From assembly GCF_001194135.2 (NCBI RefSeq), contig NC_068990.1, positions 49,421,862 to 49,461,151 on the forward strand: a stretch of 39,290 bases of DNA, given 5' to 3'. Shown one piece after another: positions 22,670 to 33,922 of this stretch; position 1 is the stretch's first letter; every line of letters begins with the position of its first letter. A model generated the notes under the pieces. That model was not told where the DNA came from. It made no database searches and saw only the letters and a program-made list of their open reading frames with translations. Position numbers and translations under genes: made by a program. The DNA comes from Octopus bimaculoides. Its lineage: Eukaryota.

Positions 22670-23137
22670 CAGCATACACTTCAAATTATTCAGACCAAAA
22701 TTTACAGGCAAAAACGTAGGTCAGCTTATACACCAAGATGACTTTAGGGGATCAAAAATTCCATATGAAATGCAGCAAGATTTGGAAAGATCATGATGAT
22801 ATTCAAATGTTTACATTATATAATAGAAAGAAAGATAAAAAGTAATGCTGTTAGTAGGAGAGATCTGAAGAAAGATCTTTGACCCCCACCCAAAAAAAAA
22901 GAACATCTGAAGAAGGATCTTTGATCTGAAAAAAAAAGAAAAGCACCCAGACTTAACAGCTTGAATGAGCTCAACAGCTGGAAGTTCATTTGTTGCTTCC
23001 AGAGTTTTTAACCAGCACCAACGATAACCACCAATAACTGAAGAAGGATCATTGAATCAGAAAAAAAATGAGATTGGGATACACCAGCACATTATTTACA
23101 CTACTACATCAACTTGTATACCAGAAAATATGCTAAG
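22670..23137. mobile_element. Possible highly degenerate pogo/Tigger-like MITE
   Basis: Left ..aaaaacgtaggtcagcttatacac and right atcaacttgtataccagaaaatatgcta resemble pogo-type subterminal and terminal motifs. A clean TIR pair could not be aligned. Confidence 0.3.
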
Positions 23138-25006
23138 TAACAGTTAATTTATTTGTCTATACACCTCTTCTAAGTATAAGTTAAAAAGTTTTTTTCTTCT
23201 TTTTGTATTTTGTTTTAATTTTGTTTTCCAGTTATCCACATTCCATTGAGATTTATGTACTTATATCTGATTTCTGAAAGACAACTCTGCCATTAAACAG
23301 GATACCATTCTGTCACAAATAACCTTTCTGACAAGCAGTAATGAACACTAGTACTATGAAACAAATCAGTTGTTAATTTTACAGCACTGCTGTACTTTAC
23401 AATAGCAGTAAATTATAAGACCCTATGGTATCTGTGTACAGCTTAGTAAACTGGGCTTTGAGAGAATGACTATGGAAAATACCTACAGATGCCTACTACA
23501 TGAAAATTTAAGATTAGAGTGGGAGCTGGCATACTTGATACAGGAATCCAAGAAATTAAGGAAAATTACATCCTTAGTGATAATAAAAAATCATTATCAG
23601 AAATTATCATGTTAAAAATAAAATAGCAGGGGAAACAACCCAGAAATTTAAGTTATTTAACATTAAATAAAAAGTAATGTGGTGTGAGACTCTTTAACAG
23701 TAAGTAAACAACTCCCATGTTTTGTTGTTATTAGACCTCACCAAGGAACCATAGTGTAAATATAACCAGGGCACTTAAGTGCCAGTGCAAAACAATTCAG
23801 AGATCCCTACATACACAATCACACCAAGCATATATTAGCATTGGGCTGCTAGACCTATGAGGCCTCACACTCTGTATGCCAACACCTTATGACAGCAATG
23901 ACTGCAACTGTAACATATTAGAATGACTTGAAAGGTAATATAGATTTTGGGAGAATGGACACTGAATGCCACAGTAATTTAAAAGAACAGCTGGGGAAAA
24001 ATTTGTCTAGTCATTGTAAAATCTTACATCTAACGTTGCATGGTGCAGTCTTTACCAAGGAATGACTGAGTATTCACAAGCAACTATATATCTAGTTTCT
24101 TGTTGAATATAAACCGTGTCTGACTTGTATTTTCACTAGATTATACATGCATACATTTTCATCAGATTATACATACACACATTGCGAATACTTTTCTTGT
24201 TAAAGAATAAAACATTTGTACTCTACAAAAGTATTGATAACCCTTCAGTTTAATGTAAAATTGTTCATATTATAACTTCACACAAAAATAAACATCAATA
24301 TGTGTGTACATANNNNNNNNNNNNNNNNNNNNNNNNNNNNNNNNNNNNNNNNNNNNNNNNNNNNNNNNNNNNNNNNNNNNNNNNNNNNNNNNNNNNNNNN
24401 NNNNNNNNNNNNNNNNNNNNNNNNNNNNNNNNNNNNNNNNNNNNNNNNNNNNNNNNNNNNNNNNNNNNNNNNNNNNNNNNNNNNNNNNNNNNNNNNNNNN
24501 NNNNNNNNNNNNNNNNNNNNNNNNNNNNNNNNNNNNNNNNNNNNNNNNNNNNNNNNNNNNNNNNNNNNNNNNNNNNNNNNNNNNNNNNNNNNNNNNNNNN
24601 NNNNNNNNNNNNNNNNNNNNNNNNNNNNNNNNNNNNNNNNNNNNNNNNNNNNNNNNNNNNNNNNNNNNNNNNNNNNNNNNNNNNNNNNNNNNNNNNNNNN
24701 NNNNNNNNNNNNNNNNNNNNNNNNNNNNNNNNNNNNNNNNNNNNNNNNNNNNNNNNNNNNNNNNNNNNNNNNNNNNNNNNNNNNNNNNNNNNNNNNNNNN
24801 NNNNNNNNNNNNNNNNNNNNNNNNNNNNNNNNNNNNNNNNNNNNNNNNNNNNNNNNNNNNNNNNNNNNNNNNNNNNNNNNNNNNNNNNNNNNNNNNNNNN
24901 NNNNNNNNNNNNNNNNNNNNNNNNNNNNNNNNNNNNNNNNNTCACATCGATATAATGTAGCCCACTACTAAATGTAGCATGTAGGTGTAACACTTGAAAG
25001 TTCTCA

Positions 25007-25545
25007 TGTCAGAGTAACCAATGAACATTGAAGGATCAACACCAAGAAGGAAGAAATATTATTTACATACATTTATTCATTTGCCCAACAGGTAGTTAAA
25101 AAGACAGTAGTAATTGTAGTGATAGTGTAGAAAAAGGTTGGCTCCCTGGTTAGTAGTTGGTAGTGTGTAGAAGTTGTCTGTCAGTGCTGACTAGAAAGAA
25201 AGAAAGGACAAAAGTAGCATCATCTTTCTTGCTCTTGGTCATGGCTGAGGCAAAAGAGTGTGTTGCTCCTTGGTCTGACTGACACAAAAGAGAGTGTTGC
25301 TCATTGGTCATAGCTGACACATAAGAGGAAGAGATAGGAACTGTTCTCTGTTATATAGACTATGGTTAGTAATGTAGGTCAAACCCTAAACAAAGGACTG
25401 ACCTTTCCTTGACTAGCACAGGTCCTAGGGCGTCAAGTGTTTCCTGATCAATCTAGTGTGGAGAGGATTTCCCACTCGTTTTGACAAGCAACAAGCAGGT
25501 GGATTTAGTTTCAAGTCTCAGGCAGGGTCAAGCTAGATCCCTACA
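25007..25545 (-). mobile_element. Possible solo LTR containing three 34-bp tandem units
   Basis: The minus strand reads TGTAGGGATC...AATAAA...TGACA. ttgctc-ttggtc..ctga units start at 25229, 25263 and 25297. No convincing TSD. Confidence 0.35.
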
Positions 25546-26439
25546 CTACTCCTCCGCTAGAGAGTTTCTAAACAAAGAAAGGAACGATCTAGGGAAAAAT
25601 GCATTTAGAAGGTGAGAAAAACATTCAATTGTGCAGGGTATCTTGTTGTTGGTGAATGTGATGCAAAGCTGAGAAAAATTGTGCATATCAGGAGAGAGAA
25701 TCCTGAGAAGGTATGCAGGACAGGCATCTATTCTTGTGAGTCTGAGTAGTGGTGTCAGTTTGCTTGTGCAGAATGCAGAATATGCCAGTTGGTGTGCGAC
25801 TGAGGCAGTGAGTGAGCATGCAAGAGCATATACATGAGTGTGAGAGAAAGTCCTGCAGCTGTGAAATAAACTGAGGTGAGTGAGTGTGTGCATTCTCTAT
25901 CCATAATATCAGCAAAAGTTTTCCTGCAGGATTGCATTTTGTGTGAAAATGCCTTAAAGAGGTGCAGAAGTGAAATGTGTCTGGTGTTGTTGTCATAGGC
26001 ATTTGCTAAGCTTAGCCAGAATGACGACAGTGTGGCATGCTGGTGCATTACATAGGACAGGCAATTTTCTCTATTAACTTCGTGACCAACCTGGAGTCGA
26101 GTAGAAACAACTTGTGTCTGTCAAGAGCACAGAGAGCATGAGCTGACATCCGACTTACACAGAGTCGGGAAAAAGAGCTGAGCAGACACAGACACAAAAC
26201 ATGCCTGGTTCTACCTCATCACATTGACATAGTATTTCTCCTGTTCATTTTTGACTTCACCAACTCAAAGCAAGTTGGTAATGTCATGTTGTGGCTTTCC
26301 TTGTGTATACCACATGTAAATGCAAGTGTCGATTAAATAAATTATTTAAACCATAATCCGATGCTTTCTTCATTGTTTTACTTTGATGACACCAACATCT
26401 GCTATATCAGCAACATTCTTTGCTACTCATACTGCTACA

Positions 26440-26590
26440 TATATATTCTCTGACTTGTTTCAGTCACTTGATTGCAGCCATGCTGAACAGGTTTTTTAGT
26501 CGAAGAAATTGACTCCAGGACTTATTCATTGCAAGCCTAGTCCTTATTCTATTGGTCTCCTTTGCCAAACCACTAAGTTACAGGGGTAGC
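26440..26590 (-). mobile_element. SINE fragment (second Nin-related subfamily)
   Basis: ttgtttcagtca..gccatgctg..tttagtcgaagaaattgactccaggacttattc..aagcctagtccttattctattggtctcctttgccaaaccactaagtta. A plus-strand 3' piece of the same family lies at about 22025-22075. Confidence 0.55.
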
Positions 26591-26599
26591 ATGTACAGG

Positions 26600-26746
26600 T
26601 ATAGGCATATGAGTCTACATGTGTATATATAATATATATTATATATAAGTGTAGATATGTCTGTATATGGGTATATGGATGTGAATATATACATTTATAT
26701 GCATGGGTGTGAGTGTGTCTGTGTGCATGTGTGTGTGTGTATGTAA

Positions 26747-26800
<54 letters not shown>

Positions 26801-26820
26801 AAGCATGTGTATGCACACAC
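26600..26820. repeat. Compound (TA)n/(TG)n microsatellite
   Basis: Pure (TA)n at about 26748-26792 with degenerate TA/TG flanks. Confidence 0.95.
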
Positions 26821-27230
26821 AAAACACCCTGATAAGCTAAGTGGCTACTACTAAATTCAGGCCACGACAGACAGATAAGATATTCTTGAAGCCGAGGATT
26901 TTAAACTTACAGAGACAATATTTACATATCACCTGAGAAAAAAAATCTAGATTTCATAATGCAGGGAAACAGTTGTATAATCAAGTACTTGCACACCTGG
27001 AGAACTATGTTGGATTGAAACAATAGCAGTGATTAAAAAATAAATGTCCAACCATAATCTTTCTTGTTGACTCCAATTTTTTCATTTACCTATTCACACA
27101 CAGCAGATGCCCAAACACAAACCTGGAAGTACATATAATACTACTACTGGATAGCACAGGGTAAATCTGAAGATGGACGAGCTCTATACTGTACTCTACA
27201 TTCTATACAGAATATACCATAATGATATAT

Positions 27231-27424
27231 ATAGTAAAGTTTATTTGCCAACAGAATGTTGCAGTCCTATAAAGGACGATGTTACTTTTGTTTAAGCCCC
27301 AGAAAAACATCTGTTCCAGTTGGCTATCGACACAGCTAGAAAAGATGTTTGCCTGAGGCTTAAACAACGCTAATATCATCCTTTATAGGACCGCCACATT
27401 CTGTTGGCAAATAAACTTTACTAT
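27231..27424. mobile_element. Foldback (palindromic) MITE in a TA context, Tc1/mariner-like
   Basis: 82-bp arms at 27231-27312 and 27343-27424. The outer 29 bp are perfectly complementary, with about 10 mismatches overall. The 30-bp spacer is itself partly self-complementary. Confidence 0.9.
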
Positions 27425-27529
27425 TCCATACTGTTACTATATATCTCTCACTGAGAGATTTAAAACAAGTTGTTTCTCTTTCTCTCTTTCTCTCTCTTTC
27501 TTTATATATATATATATATATATGATGAG

Positions 27530-28480
27530 TGCTTCATTTTGACAGATGATAGCCATCCCATCAACACACCATACCCCATCACATGGCACAATCATTCCGT
27601 TGATGAGTCCTCAGATGACTTTTAAGACCAGTTGCTGACTGACAGGGTTTAAAACACTGGTGGCAGATATTATTCAAGTTTCTTCTACATCTTTGCCCTC
27701 TGGAATCTGATTCTGAAGAAATGTTTTTGTGAATAAGCATGTGTCTTTTAAGTTCAGATATTGTCTTACAAGTTTTGTGACATATGACAAGTCATAAGAG
27801 GCGGTTGGTGTTCTAGATCATTACCTACCTGGGCATTTTGATTTTCATGTGACTGCATATGAATCAAGTATCCTGCTTTTGACAACAGAACATGATCACA
27901 CATAATACATATCCAATGTTCACTGTTGATTTCAGTTCCAATTGTTCCTTTGTGACTGGCCTTTTTAAGCTCAGAGTGCTGAATCATCTTTTCCTCCTAG
28001 GCAATGCAGTCAATCCTAACATCTCTCCACTTGTTCTGATCCAGAACATCAATTTCCCAATTACTTTTGTTCATATCTAGTTTCTTCAGGTTTTCCTTCA
28101 CACGGTCTTTATACCTTTTCTTCGGCTTATGTTGTGGCCACTTACCAGAATTGAGCTCACCATAAAAAAAAAACGCTTTGGCAATCACTCAACTTTTATT
28201 CTAATAACATGTCCAGCCTGTCTCATTTGAGCAAATATAACATGTTCAATTTAGCTACAACGTACCATGCGCAAAACTTCTGTATCTGCTATGAAACATT
28301 CCCACTTGACTCTCAAGATATGTCTGAGGCACTTTTGATGAAATCTCTCTAGCATTTTCATATGACGCCTGTAAGTGGTCTGTGTCGCACTCGAATAAAG
28401 AAGTGCAGTCAATACACACATTTTATAGACACTGATTTTTGTCCATACTTGCCCATACTTGCTTTCCAAATGCAACACTA
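27530..28480 (-). mobile_element. 5'-truncated RTE-BovB-like LINE (C-terminal ORF remnant with C2H2 zinc fingers)
   Basis: TKISVYKMCVLTALLYSS..TYRRHMKMLERFHQKCLRHIL, FFYGELNSGK..KKRYKDRVKENLK and CIMCDHVLLSKAGYLIHMQSH in frameshifted minus-strand ORFs. Confidence 0.85.
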
Positions 28481-29011
28481 CCCTTCCCTATTCGATAGGG
28501 TCAAGTCTGCATACATCGCCACGCCTCGATTGCCATAGCACTTTTGAAAAGTGATGATTGTACAATGATGGTGTTTTGTCAAGGACATCTGTACTTCATT
28601 GGATTTCAGTGACAAACGCTTGTACAACACTTTTGCCACTCTCTGGGTCAAAATAGCAGATTTCAGTGACAAGCAACGCAAGATGACTAGTACTAAATTG
28701 ACTGCAGGTTTTATATCAGAGTACCTTCTCCTAGGCTTTTCCTCAAAAGGAGACTGCAAACCAGCAGTGGTAAGTCAATTTGAATTCAGAGTTTTACTCT
28801 CCTATATTGGTTGTCCTAATCATGGGTTCATTTCAAAACAGTAGCCCAATCTACCCCCATCAAACAGTCATGGCTTTGATAGTGCAGCCAATTAAGGGGA
28901 CGATCATTACCACAACCTGGTTTTATGTTACAATGTCCTTCTCCCAGAAGAGTTACCTTCACCACGGCTAACGAGCCCCACCTACCCCATACACACACAC
29001 ATGCATGTGTG

Positions 29012-29043
<32 letters not shown>

Positions 29044-29915
29044 CAATGTATACATATGTATACATAAAAAAAGAAAACAAAATTTAAAATTTTTACAATT
29101 CAAAAATTTTTTTAATAAAAAGAAATCAAATTTAAAATTAAGAATAAAAATAAAAATATATATACATTAAAAAAGAAAGGGCTGTGTGGTAAGTAGCTTG
29201 NNNNNNNNNNNNNNNNNNNNNNNNNNNNNNNNNNNNNNNNNNNNNNNNNNNNNNNNNNNNNNNNNNNNNNNNNNNNNNNNNNNNNNNNNNNNNNNNNNNN
29301 NNNNNNNNNNNNNNNNNNNNNNNNNNNNNNNNNNNNNNNNNNNNNNNNNNNNNNNNNNNNNNNNNNNNNNNNNNNNNNNNNNNNNNNNNNNNNNNNNNNN
29401 NNNNNNNNNNNNNNNNNNNNNNNNNNNNNNNNNNNNNNNNNNNNNNNNNNNNNNNNNNNNNNNNNNNNNNNNNNNNNNNNNNNNNNNNNNNNNNNNNNNN
29501 NNNNNNNNNNNNNNNNNNNNNNNNNNNNNNNNNNNNNNNNNNNNNNNNNNNNNNNNNNNNNNNNNNNNNNNNNNNNNNNNNNNNNNNNNNNNNNNNNNNN
29601 NNNNNNNNNNNNNNNNNNNNNNNNNNNNNNNNNNNNNNNNNNNNNNNNNNNNNNNNNNNNNNNNNNNNNNNNNNNNNNNNNNNNNNNNNNNNNNNNNNNN
29701 NNNNNNNNNNNNNNNNNNNNNNNNNNNNNNNNNNNNNNNNNNNNNNNNNNNNNNNNNNNNNNNNNNNNNNNNNNNNNNNNNNNNNNNNNNNNNNNNNNNN
29801 NNNNNNNNNNNNNNNNNNNNNNNNNNNNNNNNNNNNNNNNNNNNNNNNNNNNNNNNNNNNNNNNNNNNNNNNNNNNNNNNNNNNNNNNNNNNNNNNNNNN
29901 NNNNNNNNNNNNNNN

Positions 29916-30621
29916 ATAAAAGAATACAAAAAATGGGACAAGAATGCAAAAGGCAACAACAAAACATCCAAACAGATGATACAAAAAGGGACAAGAAAGA
30001 ACAAGGAGTTTTCTTTCATCAGTCGAGTTCCAGACTATCTTTGCAGTTTTGGCTGGTTATACTAAAGACTGCTCCAATCTGGCCAGCCCTAAGGAAAATC
30101 TATGCTAAGAGCACTAGATTCCTTGGAAGAAGCAGTGAATGTATACAAAAACAAGGACAGAGAAAAAACGGAGAAATGGTACACAAATACAAATGCAAAC
30201 AACAGGACATTGACAGCAAGTGTCTCTCAACTAAGGATGAATTAAATTAAGCTGGCATGTGTGGAAGTGAAGCCTTACAGCAGGGACATAAGAGATGACA
30301 GGCATGGGAAGGAATATAGATGTTGCATGGATGGTGGTCGAACCCAGAAAGAAAGGTCAGGCTTCGCTGAACACCAGTCACATGGAAGGAGAAGAGGTAG
30401 AGGAAGAGGGACAGAAGAATTAGGGAGGGATGAGAAAAAAAAGAAAAGGGACAGAGTGAAGTGAAAGAGGAGGGAAGGTGAGAATGAAGGGAAGGCCAGG
30501 AAATGTGAGAGAGGGGGAGCAAAAGAAAGAAGAGGGGAAAGAACGAAGTAAGTATGAAGGGGCTGAAAAAAGAAAGAAAGAATGAAAGAATAAAAGACTT
30601 GTACAAAATTTATATATATAT
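29916..30621 (+). repeat. Unclassified purine-rich interspersed repeat, copy 1
   Basis: About 640 bp (29916-30555) align with 31358-32010, roughly 85-90% identical by eye. Ends gtacaaaatt(TA)n at a gap. Confidence 0.8.
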
Positions 30622-31242
30622 NNNNNNNNNNNNNNNNNNNNNNNNNNNNNNNNNNNNNNNNNNNNNNNNNNNNNNNNNNNNNNNNNNNNNNNNNNNNNNN
30701 NNNNNNNNNNNNNNNNNNNNNNNNNNNNNNNNNNNNNNNNNNNNNNNNNNNNNNNNNNNNNNNNNNNNNNNNNNNNNNNNNNNNNNNNNNNNNNNNNNNN
30801 NNNNNNNNNNNNNNNNNNNNNNNNNNNNNNNNNNNNNNNNNNNNNNNNNNNNNNNNNNNNNNNNNNNNNNNNNNNNNNNNNNNNNNNNNNNNNNNNNNNN
30901 NNNNNNNNNNNNNNNNNNNNNNNNNNNNNNNNNNNNNNNNNNNNNNNNNNNNNNNNNNNNNNNNNNNNNNNNNNNNNNNNNNNNNNNNNNNNNNNNNNNN
31001 NNNNNNNNNNNNNNNNNNNNNNNNNNNNNNNNNNNNNNNNNNNNNNNNNNNNNNNNNNNNNNNNNNNNNNNNNNNNNNNNNNNNNNNNNNNNNNNNNNNN
31101 NNNNNNNNNNNNNNNNNNGGAAGGGCAATACCCTAAGGAGTGGTAAGAATTTGGAAAAAAATTTGAGGTAAGGGAAATAAGGTCAAGGTATTAAAGAGAT
31201 ATATCTATTCTACAGTATAAATAGAATAATACAATGAAACAC

Positions 31243-31279
31243 TAAATTACTAAGTTCAAAACTATAGGGAACAATATAT

Positions 31280-31311
<32 letters not shown>

Positions 31312-32010
31312 CTTACATATAAGAGACCAAAGTGTACATACGCCGCTATATATATATAAAAAAGAATACAAAAAATGGGACAAAAATGCATCAGGGTGAC
31401 AAAAAAACATCCAAACAGATGATACAAAAAGGGACAAGAAAAAAGGACGGGTCATTTGGAGTTTTCTTTCGTCAGTCAAGTTCCAGATTATCTTTGCTGT
31501 TTTGGTTGGTTATAATCGAGACTGCTCCAGTCTGGCCAACCCCAAGGAAAATCTAAGCTAAGAGCACTAGATTCCTTGAAAGAAAGCAGTGAATGTATAC
31601 GAAACCAAGGATGGAAAAAAGATGGAGAAATGGTACACAAATACAAATGCAAACAACAGGACATTGACAGCAGGTGTCTGTCAACTAAGGACAAATTAAA
31701 TTAAGCTGGGGTGTGTGGAAGTGAAGCCTTATGGTGAGGACATAAGAGATGACAGGCATGGGAAGGAATATAGATGTTGCATGAATGGTGGTCGAACCAA
31801 GAAAGAAAGGTCAGGCTTGGCCAAACACCAGTCACGTGGAAGGAGAGGAGAGAGGTAGAGGCAGAGGGATAGAAGAATTAGAGAGGGACGAGAAAAAAAG
31901 AAAAGGGGCAGAGTGAAGTGAAAGAGGAGGGAAGGTGAGATTGAATGGAAGGTCAGGAAATGTGAAAGAAGGGGAGCGAGAGAAAGAAGAGCAGAAAGAA
32001 CGGTAAGTAC
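31243..32010 (+). repeat. Unclassified purine-rich interspersed repeat, copy 2
   Basis: Direct copy of 29916-30555 at an offset of about 1.44 kb. An inverted 3' piece of the family lies at 32442-32540. Confidence 0.8.
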
Positions 32011-32017
32011 ATATATA

Positions 32018-32178
32018 GGCACAGGAGTGGCTGTGTGGTAAGTAGCTTGCTTACCAACCACATGGTTCCGTGTTCATTCCCACTGTGTGGCATCTTCAGC
32101 AAGTGTTTTCTACTATAGCCTCGGGTCAGCCAAAGCCTTGTGAATGGATTTGGTAGACAGAAACTGAAAGAAGCTTCT
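32018..32178 (+). mobile_element. Meta-type tRNA-derived SINE (runs into a gap); another head at 29179-29200
   Basis: ggctgtgtggtaagtagcttgcttaccaaccacatggttccg (A/B-box-like head), then gcaagtgttttctactatagcctcggg..gatttggtagacagaaactgaaagaagc. Confidence 0.85.
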
Positions 32179-32540
32179 NNNNNNNNNNNNNNNNNNNNNN
32201 NNNNNNNNNNNNNNNNNNNNNNNNNNNNNNNNNNNNNNNNNNNNNNNNNNNNNNNNNNNNNNNNNNNNNNNNNNNNNNNNNNNNNNNNNNNNNNNNNNNN
32301 NNNNNNNNNNNNNNNNNNNNNNNNNNNNNNNNNNNNNNNNNNNNNNNNNNNNNNNNNNNNNNNNNNNNNNNNNNNNNNNNNNNNNNNNNNNNNNNNNNNN
32401 NNNNNNNNNNNNNNNNNNNNNNNNNNNNNNNNNNNNNNNNNTATATAAATTTTGTACAACTCTCCTATTCTTTCATTCTTTCTTTCAGTTCTTTCACACT
32501 TACTTCATTACTTCATTCTTTCCACTCTTCTTTCTTTCGC

Positions 32541-33302
32541 TTAAACAAACTGAAAAATCCAGCAGAAGATTTGATTTGATTTGGTTTTTCTCAAGCAAGA
32601 AAAACTTTGACCAAGATCAAAAAGTTAACAGAAGAAATGACAGATGGTTATGTGCAGACTCTTCTGAAGTTCCAAGTGTTATGCAAACAAAATTTCCTGC
32701 AACTGTCATGGTTTTAGGGGTTGTCAGCAATGAAGGACATGTGATGCCTTATTACTTCTTTCCACAAGGCCTTAGGGTTAACTCTGCCACCTACAGTGAG
32801 GTCCTGGAAACAATTGTTAAGCCTTGGGATAAACAGTGTATTCAGTGGAAGGTCATATGTATTTCAGTAAGACTCTGCACTATCAAACATGGTTCTAGTA
32901 ACACAGGAATGGATGGTTGAAAATTTTCATGATCACATAACCCCTAACATTTAGACTCCTAATTCCCCAGATCTCAATCCATTGGACTATTACATGTGGA
33001 GCGTTGTTGAGAGAGAGAGGTCAATGAACATGCCCATAACATCAAAGATTCTTTGAAAGCTGCCATAGTCAGAGTAATGTCCAAAATGAACCAGGACCAC
33101 TTGATTTGAGCATGTAGATGATTTAGTTCTCATATAGAAGCACTTGTTGAAGCTGAAGGTGGCTATATTGAATAACATTATAGAAAAGAAGGTTTATCTT
33201 TATCCTCATAGCATTTTTTGATAAATAAAGTTATTATCTGTTATTATATATCTGTTTTTTAATAAACATAAATCCATCCTCAAATATTTTACACACCCTG
33301 TA
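32541..33302 (+). mobile_element. Tc1/mariner DD37D (maT) transposase pseudogene, 3' half with right TIR
   Basis: WFFSSKKNFDQD..VMVLGVVS..FQ*DSAL..TPNSPDLNPLDYYMW. The second D (32871) and third D (32985) are separated by exactly 37 codons. Stop at 33173-33175. Terminus cacaccctg|TA at 33292-33302. Confidence 0.9.
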
Positions 33303-33317
33303 CATATATATATGTTG

Positions 33318-33505
33318 GGTAGCGAGCTGGCAGAACTGTTAGCATGCCGGGCAAAATGCTTAGCAGCATTTCATCACTAAGGTCAACTTTATCTTATATC
33401 CTTTTGAGGTCAATAAAATAAGTACCAGTTTAACACTGGGGTCGATGTAATCGACTTACCCCTACCTCTGAACTTGCAGGCTTAGTGCAAAAATTTGAAA
33501 TTAAT
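33318..33505 (+). mobile_element. Nin-domain SINE with an internal deletion
   Basis: agcgagctggcagaactgttagcatgccgggcaaaatgcttag..aagtaccagttt..ctggggtcgatgtaatcgactta. Confidence 0.8.
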
Positions 33506-33534
33506 GTATGCATGTATGTATATGAGCTGAGCTG

Positions 33535-33830
33535 ACCTAGGCAGGGACAGATCCCACATGGTGGAAGGGAGTGGCAACACAGAAGGAAGTGGGGGAAGAC
33601 TGCATCCAGATTACTGCAAGCAACTTTGAGAAGTCCAGCGCAACTGTGGCAAATGAGAAACACCTAAGAAGGAAAGAGTCATTGTTATGACCCCCATTTA
33701 ATCTGATCAAAACCGTCATATTTTTCCTAAGTATGCTGGAGCCTGTCATTCAAGGATCAGTCAACATAACCACTTAAGAGCTTGCCATTTTCTCTCAGAA
33801 TCTTCAGACAAGAATTGCCATCATCATCAT
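33535..33830 (+). mobile_element. Probable 3' end of another LINE with a (CAT)n tail
   Basis: gaagtgggggaagactgcatccag resembles the K-W-E-D-C motif at LINE ORF ends. Terminates gaattgccatcatcatcat. Confidence 0.4.
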
Positions 33831-33922
33831 TACTACACATATACATACATATATACAAATATAAACTGCTCTAATTTGCACATTACATCAGATGACAACA
33901 TGAATTAATTAATAGTATACTA

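Noticed and set aside
28480-28980. Short overlapping ORFs next to the RTE-BovB fragment
   Set aside because: No recognisable domain, splice signals or repeat boundaries.
30005-30030. Hammerhead-like CTGA(T/C)GA-aa-GAAA on the minus strand (also at about 31460-31478)
   Set aside because: No room for stem II and no compatible stem III or cleavage triplet.
32018-32100. tRNA gene calls from SINE heads (also at 5924-10674)
   Set aside because: They have A/B-box-like motifs but no complete cloverleaf, and they continue into SINE bodies.
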